Source: Patescibacteria group bacterium (lineage in GTDB: Bacteria > Patescibacteriota > Patescibacteriia > UBA11705 > DATKZF01). Taken from it: a DNA stretch of 64,000 bases. Numbering within the stretch: the first letter of the stretch is position 1; every line of letters starts with the position of its first letter. Below are positions 31,101-36,919 of this stretch, piece by piece. The notes beneath the pieces are model-generated. The model saw only the letters and a program-made list of their open reading frames with translations, searched no databases and was not told the origin of the DNA. The stretch covers positions 16,012-80,011 of the forward strand of contig JBMORT010000006.1 in the NCBI GenBank assembly GCA_049319825.1. Direction: 5' to 3'. A program made the translations under genes and the position numbers.

Positions 31101-31159
31101 CAGTATCAGCCGAGTCGCAGCCCGAACCGGAAATAGTTGCTGTCCCCGTCGGTGAATAA
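16133..31159 (+). CDS. giant surface protein (5008 aa): N-terminal signal anchor, tail-fibre-like N-domain, three blocks of YadA-head-like beta-roll repeats, beta-propeller-like repeats, coiled coil
   Basis: Uninterrupted 15-kb ORF with a TTG start and AGGAGA 7 nt upstream. Repeats of the type NTAIGyxALxSNTTGxxN. A module ...SLIYGEF...RINGxxQVQGNL.P..D.YNLGS...RW.NLY occurs three times. YNGKLYVGT / NGFGNANN units are propeller-like. Confidence 0.9.
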   Translation: MKSRRISKHLMNSRNSNFHKTKKTRNRKLVVFLILAMIFNLSYFNISSKPAEAAASQFINYQGKLLDTSGIEVDNGQYHVRFKMYNAGTGGSLLWSESWDNTTTTATVDAGLFTLKLGEVNPFPATLDFQTESEYWLSVEIGGSGATPTWDGEMTPRKEITAVAYAMNADKLDGKSEEEFADLSEDETITGQYTHDVDVFDGAALTTIINASDDNSVDTFSSLQADAVQNSNDGDNLYGIYVTNLQGTASTGNEYAIYQAGTGWDYGLYVEDQAYLGQNLRFSSNFDVKNTIIASVNIMDVQSIGTNSMAFRVIPGTAPAYSALGETQASFFEFHRNSSGTDRMLLTAPTNATNGYQFVSYAALPATPGPFSFGFTTSLAAPPTKVMNIFNTGSVGINTFGPDAKLDVLATSGEQLRLTYTDGSVYTGFTVNSDGDLIVDATGSDIRLATGDNLWVASSADIVIGNTYLGESTAQIDSGAYNVGVYNGNLTYSTNTNVQQVLEDLDTAIGSAGSKWTDAGSYTYLTATTDNLVVGSNATADAELFMDVADKRLHIGSGYIDFDFTGSGNTAVGDDSLYSITNGTHNSSIGYQAMYYLTSGYDNTALGYQALRIDSSGTGGQSFGNTAIGSLALSSINTSAAVYNTAIGVSSLQNNTTGLANTAIGALALDSNVIGASNVALGYSTLQANVSGDYNVALGAEALDSLTSADANIAIGYKAMDSTTTGQYNVALGHQSLRANISADYSTALGYQALYSNTASNITAVGAQAMYSNGTGTENVAMGYQSLYSNDSGDQHTAIGYQSLYSLSANVDDNTAVGYRAMYSNLAGGQSTAIGSQALYNALAPGYSTAVGYQALYATTTGDYNIAVGNQSMVANTTGSDNVSIGVNALDSNTTGNYNIAIGRQSLQANISADYSTALGYQALYSNTASNITAVGAQAMYSNGTGTENVAMGYQSLYSNDSGDQHTAIGYQSLYSLSANVDDNTAVGYRAMYSNLAGGQSTAIGSQALYNALAPGYSTAVGYQALYATTTGDYNIAVGNQSMVANTTGSDNVSIGVNALDSNTTGNYNIAIGRQSLQANISADYSTALGYQALYSNTASNITAVGAQALYSNTSGTGNAALGYQSLYSNTSGNNNSAFGYQSLFSHASGNDGNTAMGYRSMYSMTAGALNTSIGTEALYSALSTSGNVAIGYRAGYFETGNNRLFIDNNSRSDEATGRVRSLIYGEFASATADQLLRINGLTQIQGHLIPYQDNFYNIGSADYRWNNLYVDDAYVLKGATNINLESSGTPTTSGAYAIGANDEFTYSDSTNVQDVLDDLDAALASAGSKWTDAGDFTHLTSTIDDVVIGASTTEDAVFWFDVTDNAEKFSIDASSDAHTTAALDIDFRGDANNLKVVDIYAGSASGLSANSFLFGQSITLGYNAGDAAGTYRIANNVDVNGTNATSDIIGYAFFDNTQTGQDGLSGVGSATGAYSLISHSGSGSLTGFQNYLWHTGSGSVTGFGGSTSSSGSGTVYAANPQVYGLSGFSGSLYGYRTSMTNSSGSTQNMLGFDINVTNNAGASADSLWGGKITVKASGTEDTAAYGLQVVSDTDLIDSLINLAVVNGGSAGYGFDMNGATIATADIRLSNGSTIDNLTSTVVAFSDGIRIGNTADTTAGNIRWSGADFEGYNGAGWQSLTSGGGSLWTDAGTYTYLTATQDDLLVGSSNNASRPLYFDVSNMSLEIGSGDTLNARLYMYSQDGDSGLIEYAASDRFEFYDQIWVQGYIDFDNASADTAVGYVALNSNTTGTDNSAFGYQALVSNTTGSYNTGIGASSLISNNTGLANTALGASSLFSNQGGSNNTAIGVSALYSNVSGASNVAIGSGALGASVGEDYNVAIGAAALANSSGGTANSVIGFQSLTNNIIGDYNSALGYRSLYNATGDYNVAIGSDSLFSNINGDSNIAIGSYAGYHETGSNTLYIDSIYRSNEADGQVKSLIYGEFASATADQLFRINGNMEVQGNLSPLADDVYNLGSADSRWANLYLGPASLYIGQNGNDYSISYNTGSSALVFNESGADRDIRIEGDTDTNLFFVNAGSDRIGIGLNNPAEKLEVSGAIKLGTTSNTNAGTIRWTGADFEGYDGAGWQSLTSGGGSLWTDVGDFTHLTSTIDDVVIGSDATEDAVFWFDVTDGAEKLTIDASSDAHSSAVAFDVNFRGSANNLKAVDIYAGSSAGLTGAYNNLMGQNITVGINAADQAGTMRIGSNVNIDGTNATADVVGYTFWDFVDTGQGGFTGVGSATGLYPIMNHTGSGSLYGVNNYLRHSGSGSLYVSAAQALGASGFTGSLYGNSLTMVNQAGSNAQNIMGFDLNVTNSSSATADSVIGGKITVDASGAEDIAAYGLQVVSKNALVDSFIYLASQTGGSAGYGLDMNGATIATADIRLSGGSTIDNSTSTIIAFSDGIRIGNTADTTAGNIRWSGADFEGYDGAGWQSLTSGGGSLWTDAGAFTYLTATTDDMVVGSAATSDAELWFNVSGKRLTIGSGYVDFDYGTGTDNVGIGSNTLTAITTGSYNIGIGTGALQAATDNNGLTAVGYQALYTNSSIGTNNTAVGYRALYLNNGGDFNTALGYEALDANVSGSNSVAIGYRALTNSTGSGNVAVGSEALLSAVGSTNIVAIGYGAVQDLTSNGEVVGVGYNSLANATGAGNTAIGYIAGQGNAASATGTANTAVGRGTLSSFSTGNNNVAVGYNALDQLSTGTYNIALGTNALGAAVTGSNNIAIGNSSSLLNTSGIDNIALGFFALSTNTAGQGNVGIGRNSLRNGTGSYNVALGYEAGYRETGSNTLYIDNQDRGNEASGEAESLIYGVFDNVVSSQLFRINAPTQVQGNLIPYHDNVYNLGSPSNRWNNIYTDRMIMSSNADLYFDGTDIFFRNFETNGDITLDATSTGTGNVIVVADNWAVNSSGNMSINGDMTVTGGDLNLSSDIRLHVSGDDLQIQNAATGGDIYLDPTYNGSSGFVFVSGDLMPVYDDTFDIGSPDLRWQDGYFSGQVYVGNTLEISDDGFYDTDSAIGFFPDGQLTRGLAITDDVTVGLAITTNASTNLTILPNNADLDVRPTANSTDFFQVQNAAGTAIFNVDSSNSRVGINTAAPDYALDVAGSVGMDDYIYHNGDSNTYLGFSADDTLVVYSYGVKLMEYYSSSALSNSVTGNPDNNRVNFVWDGDTNDSLFRIAALQEQIGIGATGGAASMDGKLVVYQTATADIFNLYDGSDNVFTVTDGGNVGIRQTSPASDFEILSDNSTTGATMQLRRNDGAVLDGDDLGYLYFSGLDSGDTLNATGAYIKAEATDTWGDASDPDDAPTAMHFYTQNDGTGNNMTFPMMTIYEDIGVGLLLNGNLPQATFHMETNKNGYGIRMEEYLGGGAGDYWEWGVNAAGDLNWNDNGTTRISYKNGGDVGIGTSGPGAKLEIYDNDDVGVALEVNSDESDTAAQNVFQIRTDYNAADDLVFVVDADGTVRNDNGTYTTGADYAEYFWTADMTLATADVVCIDPTHNNAVSKCSGANDANILGVVSTNPAFIGNAGSNWIFDGDPNYVIIGLVGQVPIRVSNENGPISVGDYLTSSSTPGVAMKADPGSPTVGIAIEPLTAGAGIIKVVISRNNGSNTFWAAGNNGIYQNNLPTIIGPDAAFSYVQSAAAGDLQIADDFEARGDGYVGANMIVGASTSAAETLANAGFAMNGNDLFVAGDAGIEGNIYTDGSFIAGPGTTTYSDGSITSTNTMTITSNTGDLTLDSGSGTLKLGAGTNAISNSDAGADLTLNSNGDINFFNSNNSIDSGGNLNLAGDINIGGSLVVNDMRLGDIDIANGAIASTGDLTIASGASQDLTLDSDSGTLKLGAGTNEISNTDASADLTIKSEGNINFFDANTFIDKDGNLTLAGQLQAAMDVIAQQNVIIKNQLEVDQIAADDRQEITVMDEMVFEQGLKVSAKTDTTVAGTQVNVAGFGNANNQTSRAAAVYNGKLYVGTYNTSNGAGLWAYDGSNWASVDTNGFGNANNTSINSMIAYGGGLIVGTRNTNKAEVWICDDTDTCSQQNLGATFDGNNDAAQAMTVYNGKLFMGTDNAIDNSEIWQFIDTNNWLMADNTNGFLSTYQNDALTALLSIGSQLNNEGLLAGTKNNSGAQIWRRGSNFTWTRIDNSSFGDINNVEVMAMTAYNGQVFAATKNSSGCRVYKQREESTSWDAAGSAGLINSAYTECRSIVVYNGDLYALLGKTSGAGMAVAKYNAMANSWSAVYTNASDLAGYWLQTFGEKLYFAAESSGQVKVFEYNENKNLSQSIEFMANGETAALYFKSDAAGDANIGQQSAGAFIMTHTLITNSGAYDLAEDWPTEDPGIEAGDVVAVDPFNKAHVIKGSKDNSAVGIISTEPGYILSQKADGRIYRPVALAGRVPVKISNENGPVKAGDLLTPASIPGYAMKLIGSGPVIGKALEDYDFSAAGDSYEVSQELQSAAQQFDEIAENTMKLVENTEEVVSSLNQTKQELLSIENNQELTAQEKDQLINELSGEIENVAVALEIDDQAITDISDSADIVDVQNQIIEKAQELENQAMQAEIAKSQLIQPMAKDPGKGRIMALVMNSYYFESTDGQTAGQLAAGSAAIDPQSVASVDFAEILTVAGDGAIELASSVRIYGDLYVNGNLVVTGDIDLAGNLKIGDKIYISNQMSGTALIASADATAVEVKFDTPYEEIPRITVTPELLGLTADENIFDVWDGRYIITDKSTEGFTINIANALCVSAGASADVVGCQHHLRFDWVAFGVVSDEESLAQMVEMTAKPASTDKEPPSIDPAVKVIIRNGANLDTTDIGNSLIGLGYAVYKGADTISYYSTSRILVLNSQLSPSVLNEIRFLIGGEIEYASAAGEYGDSDVVIFLGEDLTKDVFTYDQQKLLDSNITDEIPPLPAPIAETASSDDTLSEQANNDQPILSAADGAVEDEETPINVDGQISDSTVSAESQPEPEIVAVPVGE
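18353..19450. repeat. 510-bp tandem duplication inside the giant gene (2 full copies plus a partial, about 99.8% identical)
   Basis: Copies start at 18353, 18863 and 19373 with a single mismatch (agcgcc/agtgcc). They encode identical 170-aa beta-roll segments. Confidence 0.9.
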
Positions 31160-31214
31160 CTGGTTTGCATGGAAATATTTTATCAGTTAAAATGGTATTA
31201 CTTAAAAATAAAAT

Positions 31215-31661
31215 ATGAATATTATGCCACAAAAAGAAATGGGCTCCATGCCGAAGAAATCAAATTCCAAGGTAATAATGATTTTGATTTTGGTGGTATT
31301 GATTATCGCGGCCGGAGCATTGTATTTTTTCGTTTATCGAAAAGGAATCAACAAATCGGACTATCAAGCGATTTTCTTATCGAACGGCCAAGTTTATTTC
31401 GGCAAAGTGACCAACAAAAACGCCGGCTATGTCGTGATGAAAGACATTTATTATTTGCAGCTCAAACAGCCATTGCAGGAGCAAACCGAACAGCAGCAGA
31501 ATTCACCCGATTTGATATTGATTAAGCTGGGCAATGAACTTCACGGACCAATGGATCGCATGGAAATCAATAGGAATCATGTGCTGTTCATTGAAGATTT
31601 GAAAGATGATTCAAAAGTGGTAACGGCCATAATGGAATACAAGGCCAGCGAACAGCAATAA
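31215..31661 (+). CDS. hypothetical membrane-anchored protein (148 aa)
   Basis: Single TM segment (VIMILILVVLIIAAGALYFFVY). It sits immediately downstream of the giant gene with no intervening terminator. Confidence 0.65.
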   Translation: MNIMPQKEMGSMPKKSNSKVIMILILVVLIIAAGALYFFVYRKGINKSDYQAIFLSNGQVYFGKVTNKNAGYVVMKDIYYLQLKQPLQEQTEQQQNSPDLILIKLGNELHGPMDRMEINRNHVLFIEDLKDDSKVVTAIMEYKASEQQ

Positions 31662-31687
31662 TCACCGCGCATAAATAAATTCGGGAA

Positions 31688-31718
31688 CCCCTCAAAATAG
31701 TATGAGGGGTTTTATTTT
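31688..31718 (+). terminator. rho-independent terminator (cccctca...tgagggg plus a T run)
   Basis: Overlaps the annotated comEC start codon. Confidence 0.6.
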
Positions 31719-33231
31719 AAAACAATTTACCAAAAGCAAAATATTTTATGCGGCGATTACCGCCTTTATTTTCGGTGTCGGTTTAGCCAGTTTGAATGCG
31801 CGAATAATATTTTTTTGTTTTTTAGCATTAGTGTCATTATTTTTTATTATTTTCAAACCACGCGTCTTATTTTTAATAATGATATTAGGGCTGGCCGGGG
31901 GATATTACTGGCTGAATCATTCTGTCCCCGAAAATATCGCGGAGAATATAAATTTTTATAATGAGCAAAATGTTATTTTCGAAGGGATCATTTCCGAAGA
32001 GGTCGACTTAAGGTCTGATCATCAGAAGTTAACTATCGAAGTTCAAAAAGTTGCCAGCCGGGGAGTTAGCGGCAGAGTTTTAGTTAAAATCGAGCTTTTC
32101 CCGTCATATGAATACGGGCAAAAGTTGCGTGTTGAATGCTTTTTGCGCCAGCCGGGCAAGATAGAAGATTTTGATTATGGCCGATATCTGTCAAGATATG
32201 ATATTTATTCCACCTGCTATAATCCTGACATTGAAATTTTGGCAAGCAATCAAGGCAATTTGATCAAAAATTCTTTATTGAAAATAAAAAAATTTTGTTT
32301 GGGAAAAATCAATAAAATTTTGCCAGAGCCTCACGCGTCCTTTATGGCCGGCTTATTGCTTGGCGTTAGAAAAGGCATTCCTCCCGATATCATGGAAGCG
32401 TTTAACCGAACAGGCGTGACTCACATTATCGCTGTTTCAGGATATAATATTACGATTATCGCTGTCGCTTTGATGAACTTATTAAAATCGCTGTCCAGCA
32501 GCAGAAAAAAGTCAGTTTATTTCGCCTGCACTGGAATAATAATTTTTGTATTTTTATGCGGCGCGTCAGCAGCGGTTCTTCGCGCCGCTGTTATGGGCAT
32601 TGTCGCCTTGCTGGCCAAGCAGGCGGGCAGAAAAACCAATGTGATTTATATTCTGATCCTGACAATATTTATAATGCTGTTGATGAACCCAAGGATATTG
32701 ATTTTTGACGTTGGATTTCAGCTGTCTTTTTTGGCCACTGCCGGGTTGATTTATCTATCAAAGCCGATTGAGAAGTTTTTAAAATTTTTACCAACTTTTT
32801 TCGGCCTGCGCGAGAATTTTTCGACAACCATGGCCGCCATTATTTCAACAACGCCTTTAATAATGTATAATTTTGGTAGGATATCGCTAATCGCGCCTTT
32901 GGCAAATATAATGATTTTATCCGTAATTCCGATCGCCATGTTCTGGGGCTTTGCCGGGCTGGTGTTATCTCTAATTTCCGTCACGGCGGCTCAAATTTTC
33001 AGCTGGCTGACGTGGCTGATACTGGAGTATATTATTAGAGTGATCGAGGCGCTGTCAAATTTGAGCTGGGCGGCGCTAGATGTTGAATTTGGGTTGGTTT
33101 CAGTCGCGGTAACATATTGTGCGGTATTCACAGTTATTTATCTAATCACGAGAAAGGCGCGAGGACGATGCGCCCTTTTGAGTCGAGATCAGTCAGCGCG
33201 CGCAAGCTTTTCATCCGGTGCAACCATATGA
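31702..33231 (+). CDS. comEC: ComEC/Rec2-family competence protein, membrane channel part (DUF4131 plus competence domain)
   Basis: Polytopic membrane protein with the motif GVTHIIAVSGYNITII; 509 aa. The stop overlaps the next start as ATGA. Confidence 0.8.
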   Translation: MRGFILKQFTKSKIFYAAITAFIFGVGLASLNARIIFFCFLALVSLFFIIFKPRVLFLIMILGLAGGYYWLNHSVPENIAENINFYNEQNVIFEGIISEEVDLRSDHQKLTIEVQKVASRGVSGRVLVKIELFPSYEYGQKLRVECFLRQPGKIEDFDYGRYLSRYDIYSTCYNPDIEILASNQGNLIKNSLLKIKKFCLGKINKILPEPHASFMAGLLLGVRKGIPPDIMEAFNRTGVTHIIAVSGYNITIIAVALMNLLKSLSSSRKKSVYFACTGIIIFVFLCGASAAVLRAAVMGIVALLAKQAGRKTNVIYILILTIFIMLLMNPRILIFDVGFQLSFLATAGLIYLSKPIEKFLKFLPTFFGLRENFSTTMAAIISTTPLIMYNFGRISLIAPLANIMILSVIPIAMFWGFAGLVLSLISVTAAQIFSWLTWLILEYIIRVIEALSNLSWAALDVEFGLVSVAVTYCAVFTVIYLITRKARGRCALLSRDQSARASFSSGATI

Positions 33232-34130
33232 CAGATAAAAAATTATTTAAAATCATATCGAGCATTTTGGCCGCGGTCATCGTGTTAATCGGAATTGTGG
33301 TCAATCAAGAATTATCCGGAATAAATTTGGGCCATCAGGCGTCAATCCCCGCGGAGCAAAGATTGGAAATCGATTTTTTAAATATCGGACAAGGTGATTC
33401 GATATTGATTAAAACCCCGCATAATCAGAAAATATTGATTGATGGCGGTCCGGACATGTCCATTCTCGATCAGCTTGGTAAAAACATGGTTTTCTTTGAT
33501 AAAAATATTGACGTGATGATATTAACGCATCCGCATGCCGATCATGTCAGCGGATTGGTTGAAGTTCTCAAACGTTATGATGTGGGCAGAATATATTATA
33601 CCGGCGTGGCGCATACTTCGCCGGCGTTCTTGGAGTGGCTCGACGCGATCAAGCAAAGCGGCGCACCGCTGCATATTGTCAGCGGGCAAAAGTCGCTGGA
33701 ATTCGCAGACGGCGTCAATTTGGAATTTATTTATCCCCTTGAAGACATTGCCGAAAAGCAGTTTGACGAGCTGAATAACAGCTCGATCGTCTGCAAAGTC
33801 ACTTATAAAAATAAAAAGTTTTTATTCGTGGGCGATGCCGAGGCCGCGGTCGAGAAGGCGCTGATCGATTCGGCGGTTGACCTGCGCTCGGACGTGCTTA
33901 AGGTCGGGCACCACGGCAGTGCCACCTCGTCGACCGAGGAATTTTTGACAGCGGTGGATCCGGAGTACGCGGTCGTTCAGGTCGGCCAGGACAATGAATT
34001 CGGCCATCCTAGTTTAACAGTCATTCGGCGGCTGGAAAGACTGGGCATAGAAATATTCAGCAATGATTTGAATGGTCAGGTTTCGGTGTTTTCGGATGGA
34101 GATAATATTGAAATCGTTACGGAAAAATGA
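33228..34130 (+). CDS. MBL-fold metallo-hydrolase, a ComEC C-terminal-domain homologue encoded as a separate gene with its own N-terminal TM
   Basis: HPHADH metal-binding motif and MTDKKLFKIISSILAAVIVLIGIV TM segment. ATGA overlap with comEC. Confidence 0.75.
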   Translation: MTDKKLFKIISSILAAVIVLIGIVVNQELSGINLGHQASIPAEQRLEIDFLNIGQGDSILIKTPHNQKILIDGGPDMSILDQLGKNMVFFDKNIDVMILTHPHADHVSGLVEVLKRYDVGRIYYTGVAHTSPAFLEWLDAIKQSGAPLHIVSGQKSLEFADGVNLEFIYPLEDIAEKQFDELNNSSIVCKVTYKNKKFLFVGDAEAAVEKALIDSAVDLRSDVLKVGHHGSATSSTEEFLTAVDPEYAVVQVGQDNEFGHPSLTVIRRLERLGIEIFSNDLNGQVSVFSDGDNIEIVTEK

Positions 34131-34140
34131 GGTGGGATTT

Positions 34141-34215
34141 CCGGTGTGCCATTTCCCAATGGACGTAGGAACACAAAATTTTGTGTTCCTACGCTCAGGA
34201 AATCCCCTGTCATTT
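34141..34215. repeat. 75-nt extended inverted repeat (outer gggatttcc/ggaaatccc arms, inner perfect 14-bp gtaggaacacaaaa/ttttgtgttcctac)
   Basis: Hairpin with no T tract, between the MBL gene and ndk. Confidence 0.5.
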
Positions 34216-34273
34216 ACAAAATCATTTTTTTTCGTTATAATATTTATGATTTTATCAATAAATTTGAAATTTT

Positions 34274-34849
34274 ATGACAGAAAGATCCCTAGTATTAATC
34301 AAACCTGACGGCGTCGAGCGCGCGTTAATTGGTGAAATATTGTCCAGATTCGAGCGTTGCGGACTTAAAGTCATCGGTTTGAAAATGGTGCGGGCAACCA
34401 AAGAGTTGGCCGGAGAACATTATGCCGACGATAAGGACTGGTTAACCAGTGTGGGCGAAAAAGCATTGGCATCCGCGGAAAAAAGGGGAGAAAAATTATC
34501 TGAAACTGCGATGGAAATCGGCCAGCGGGTCAGAAATCAATTGATGGATTACATTGTCATGGCTCCGGTGGTCGCGATGTGCATCGAAGGCCACAATGCG
34601 GTGGCCAAGATCAGAAAGCTGGTCGGCGGCACCAATCCTCAGGATGACGAGCCGGGCACGATTCGCGGAGATTATTCCATAGATTCTTATGTTTTGTCCG
34701 ATAATTCCGGAAGGCCGATTCAGAATTTAATTCATGCGTCAGGAGCGGTTGATGAAGCTCAAAGAGAGATTAAGATATGGTTCGCGGAGAAAGAATTGTT
34801 TGATTGGCGGCGAGTTGACGAAGATTTGATTTATCGAAATGTCCAATAA
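34274..34849 (+). CDS. ndk: nucleoside diphosphate kinase
   Basis: LVLIKPDGV N-terminal motif and NLIHASGAVDEAQREIKIWF (active-site His region). Confidence 0.85.
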   Translation: MTERSLVLIKPDGVERALIGEILSRFERCGLKVIGLKMVRATKELAGEHYADDKDWLTSVGEKALASAEKRGEKLSETAMEIGQRVRNQLMDYIVMAPVVAMCIEGHNAVAKIRKLVGGTNPQDDEPGTIRGDYSIDSYVLSDNSGRPIQNLIHASGAVDEAQREIKIWFAEKELFDWRRVDEDLIYRNVQ

Positions 34850-35002
34850 ATTATAAAAAATGGGAAAATCGAGAAATTCCCGTTTTTTTATTATATAATG
34901 ATAGTAGGGAGAGGGAATTAGTCCACGGCTTGACACAAGCCTTTATTTGGGCTATAATTCAAGGTTATTTGACAACAACCCCGAATTCAAAAGGAGTGGC
35001 CG

Positions 35003-36100
35003 ATGAATATCAATCGCGTGATTTGGTTGTGCGGCCTGCTGATTGGCTGCGGCACAAAGGCTGATGACATTTCACTGGTTTCCCATGATATTGACGCATC
35101 CACGGCGGCACCGGATATGCTGGAGACAGCTATTCCCGAAACCGATGCCGCAGCGGGCGATGATTCAAACATTGATGAGGCTTTTGATGATGTTGACTCC
35201 GGCGCCTACTCCGACGACGATTCGTCGGGCATCGAATCCGACGGAATTGATATTGAGCCGTCCCTGGACAGTCATGTTGATTTGAGCACCGACTCGTCTG
35301 TCGGCGATTATGACATTGACGGTGACGCGCCGATTACCGAAGTCGAGGTCCATGTCAATACGTGGCCGGATGGCGCAGATGTCTTCATCGACGGATCGCC
35401 TGCCGGCATGACACCGCTTGACGTTACTCTGTCGTTTGGCCTATATCAGTTTCGCTTTGAAAAGGAGAATTATTTTCCGGTATCCTCGATTTACGAGGTG
35501 ACACATTCTACGGTTGAGATCGTAGAAATACTGCAAGCGTTGCCCAAAATTCAGGTTACCTTTACCTCGGGCATTCCACAGGAGCCGGAAATCGAGGTGC
35601 ATATCGACAGCTGGACGAATGAATCGTTTTTTACTCCATTCACTTTCGAATTCGAAGCGAATTCGAACCACATGATTTTTTGCGAAAAAGACGGTTATGG
35701 CGATAAAAGCTTTGCGGTCAATGTCGGGGAAGAAGATTTCGACTTCGAGCCGATCGTCTTGGTCCCGCTGAGCTACGAAGATTACTGCGGCTGGATCAGC
35801 GGTGAGGCGGAATTCGTCGAAGGTACCGTGCCGCCGACACCGAATGTCAACCTCGAAGTTGATATCTACAATGACCATTGCGATGTCTGGGGGCTGACAC
35901 CTCCGAGTCCGGCGGGTGTCGCCCTGTACGGTGAATATGAGTCTCAGGTTTTTCAGCAGCTGCGCATCAGCTGCCCGAGTGATCAACTGTGCAAGTTCAT
36001 CCAGTGCTGGGCCATTCCCGATGTCCGGATTTTGGATTGTACCTATCGGGACGCCGAAAACGTCCAGCAATCCATTGTTTGGCACGTGATCGATCCTTAG
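35003..36100 (+). CDS. acidic lipoprotein with a PEGA-like domain (365 aa)
   Basis: Lipobox LLIGC. The WPDGADVFIDGSPAGMTPLDV segment is PEGA-like. AAGGAG lies 7 nt upstream. Local GC is about 50%. Confidence 0.6.
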   Translation: MNINRVIWLCGLLIGCGTKADDISLVSHDIDASTAAPDMLETAIPETDAAAGDDSNIDEAFDDVDSGAYSDDDSSGIESDGIDIEPSLDSHVDLSTDSSVGDYDIDGDAPITEVEVHVNTWPDGADVFIDGSPAGMTPLDVTLSFGLYQFRFEKENYFPVSSIYEVTHSTVEIVEILQALPKIQVTFTSGIPQEPEIEVHIDSWTNESFFTPFTFEFEANSNHMIFCEKDGYGDKSFAVNVGEEDFDFEPIVLVPLSYEDYCGWISGEAEFVEGTVPPTPNVNLEVDIYNDHCDVWGLTPPSPAGVALYGEYESQVFQQLRISCPSDQLCKFIQCWAIPDVRILDCTYRDAENVQQSIVWHVIDP

Positions 36101-36183
36101 TTCAATACTAAGGATTTTTTATTTGCAATTATTCTATTTTTTTGTAATATTGAAATTAGGAGACTTCATCAAGGAGCAAATAA

Positions 36184-36840
36184 ATGAAGACGACCGTTGG
36201 CGCTCTAATCGGCTTAATGATTGTGGGGAGCTGTTCGGTGAACAGCAACAAGCGACCGCGGGTCGATGTGGTGTCTGTCAATTCCGAATACGACGCATTT
36301 AGCGATTGGGCTCTTGCCAATGCATCTACACCGGCAGCGGCCGATGCTAATACGACATCGGGTGAACACGACAGTTGTACTGAAAATGAGTCCGAATCGG
36401 TTGAGATCTTCATTGAATCCGCGCATGAGTACATCGATGTCAGCGTGGATGGCGTTCGGTTCGGAGTTATTGCCGCCGGATCTTCAATCATGGTCAGCTT
36501 AGGCGCTCATCAATTCGATTTCAGGCAGGAAATTTGCTATCCGCGGCGTCTGGAGGTTTGCGTCGATACCGCTGGTCAGCGGATATTCGCGGAGCTGGAA
36601 AAAATTCCGGAACTGAACGTTCGAGTGCTCAGCCGGCCATCGGGAATCGAGGTTTGCTTCAGCACGGATCAGTGTCAGGAATACACGCCGATCGAAAAGA
36701 CGATCTGGGCCGGCAATTATGATGTTTTTGCCATTTATAATGGCGAAATCCGCTCGAAAACGCTGGAAATAAACGGTCGTGACGGAGACGAAATAGAATT
36801 GTTCATTGATTTTGACGATATGCAAACCTTCAGTCATTGA
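36184..36840 (+). CDS. lipoprotein, hypothetical (218 aa)
   Basis: Lipobox MIVGSCS with AAGGAG 7 nt upstream. Cys-containing and acidic. Confidence 0.6.
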   Translation: MKTTVGALIGLMIVGSCSVNSNKRPRVDVVSVNSEYDAFSDWALANASTPAAADANTTSGEHDSCTENESESVEIFIESAHEYIDVSVDGVRFGVIAAGSSIMVSLGAHQFDFRQEICYPRRLEVCVDTAGQRIFAELEKIPELNVRVLSRPSGIEVCFSTDQCQEYTPIEKTIWAGNYDVFAIYNGEIRSKTLEINGRDGDEIELFIDFDDMQTFSH

Positions 36841-36919
36841 ACTGGGGGTTTTTAAAATCGCCTTGACATCGTCCGATATATTTTTTACAATATGAAAATG
36901 CTTTTATCGGAGGGGGGGC

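Noticed and set aside
33117-33227. Upstream extension of the MBL-domain ORF
   Set aside because: The extension overlaps comEC in another frame. The TM helix and the ATGA junction make 33228 the natural start.
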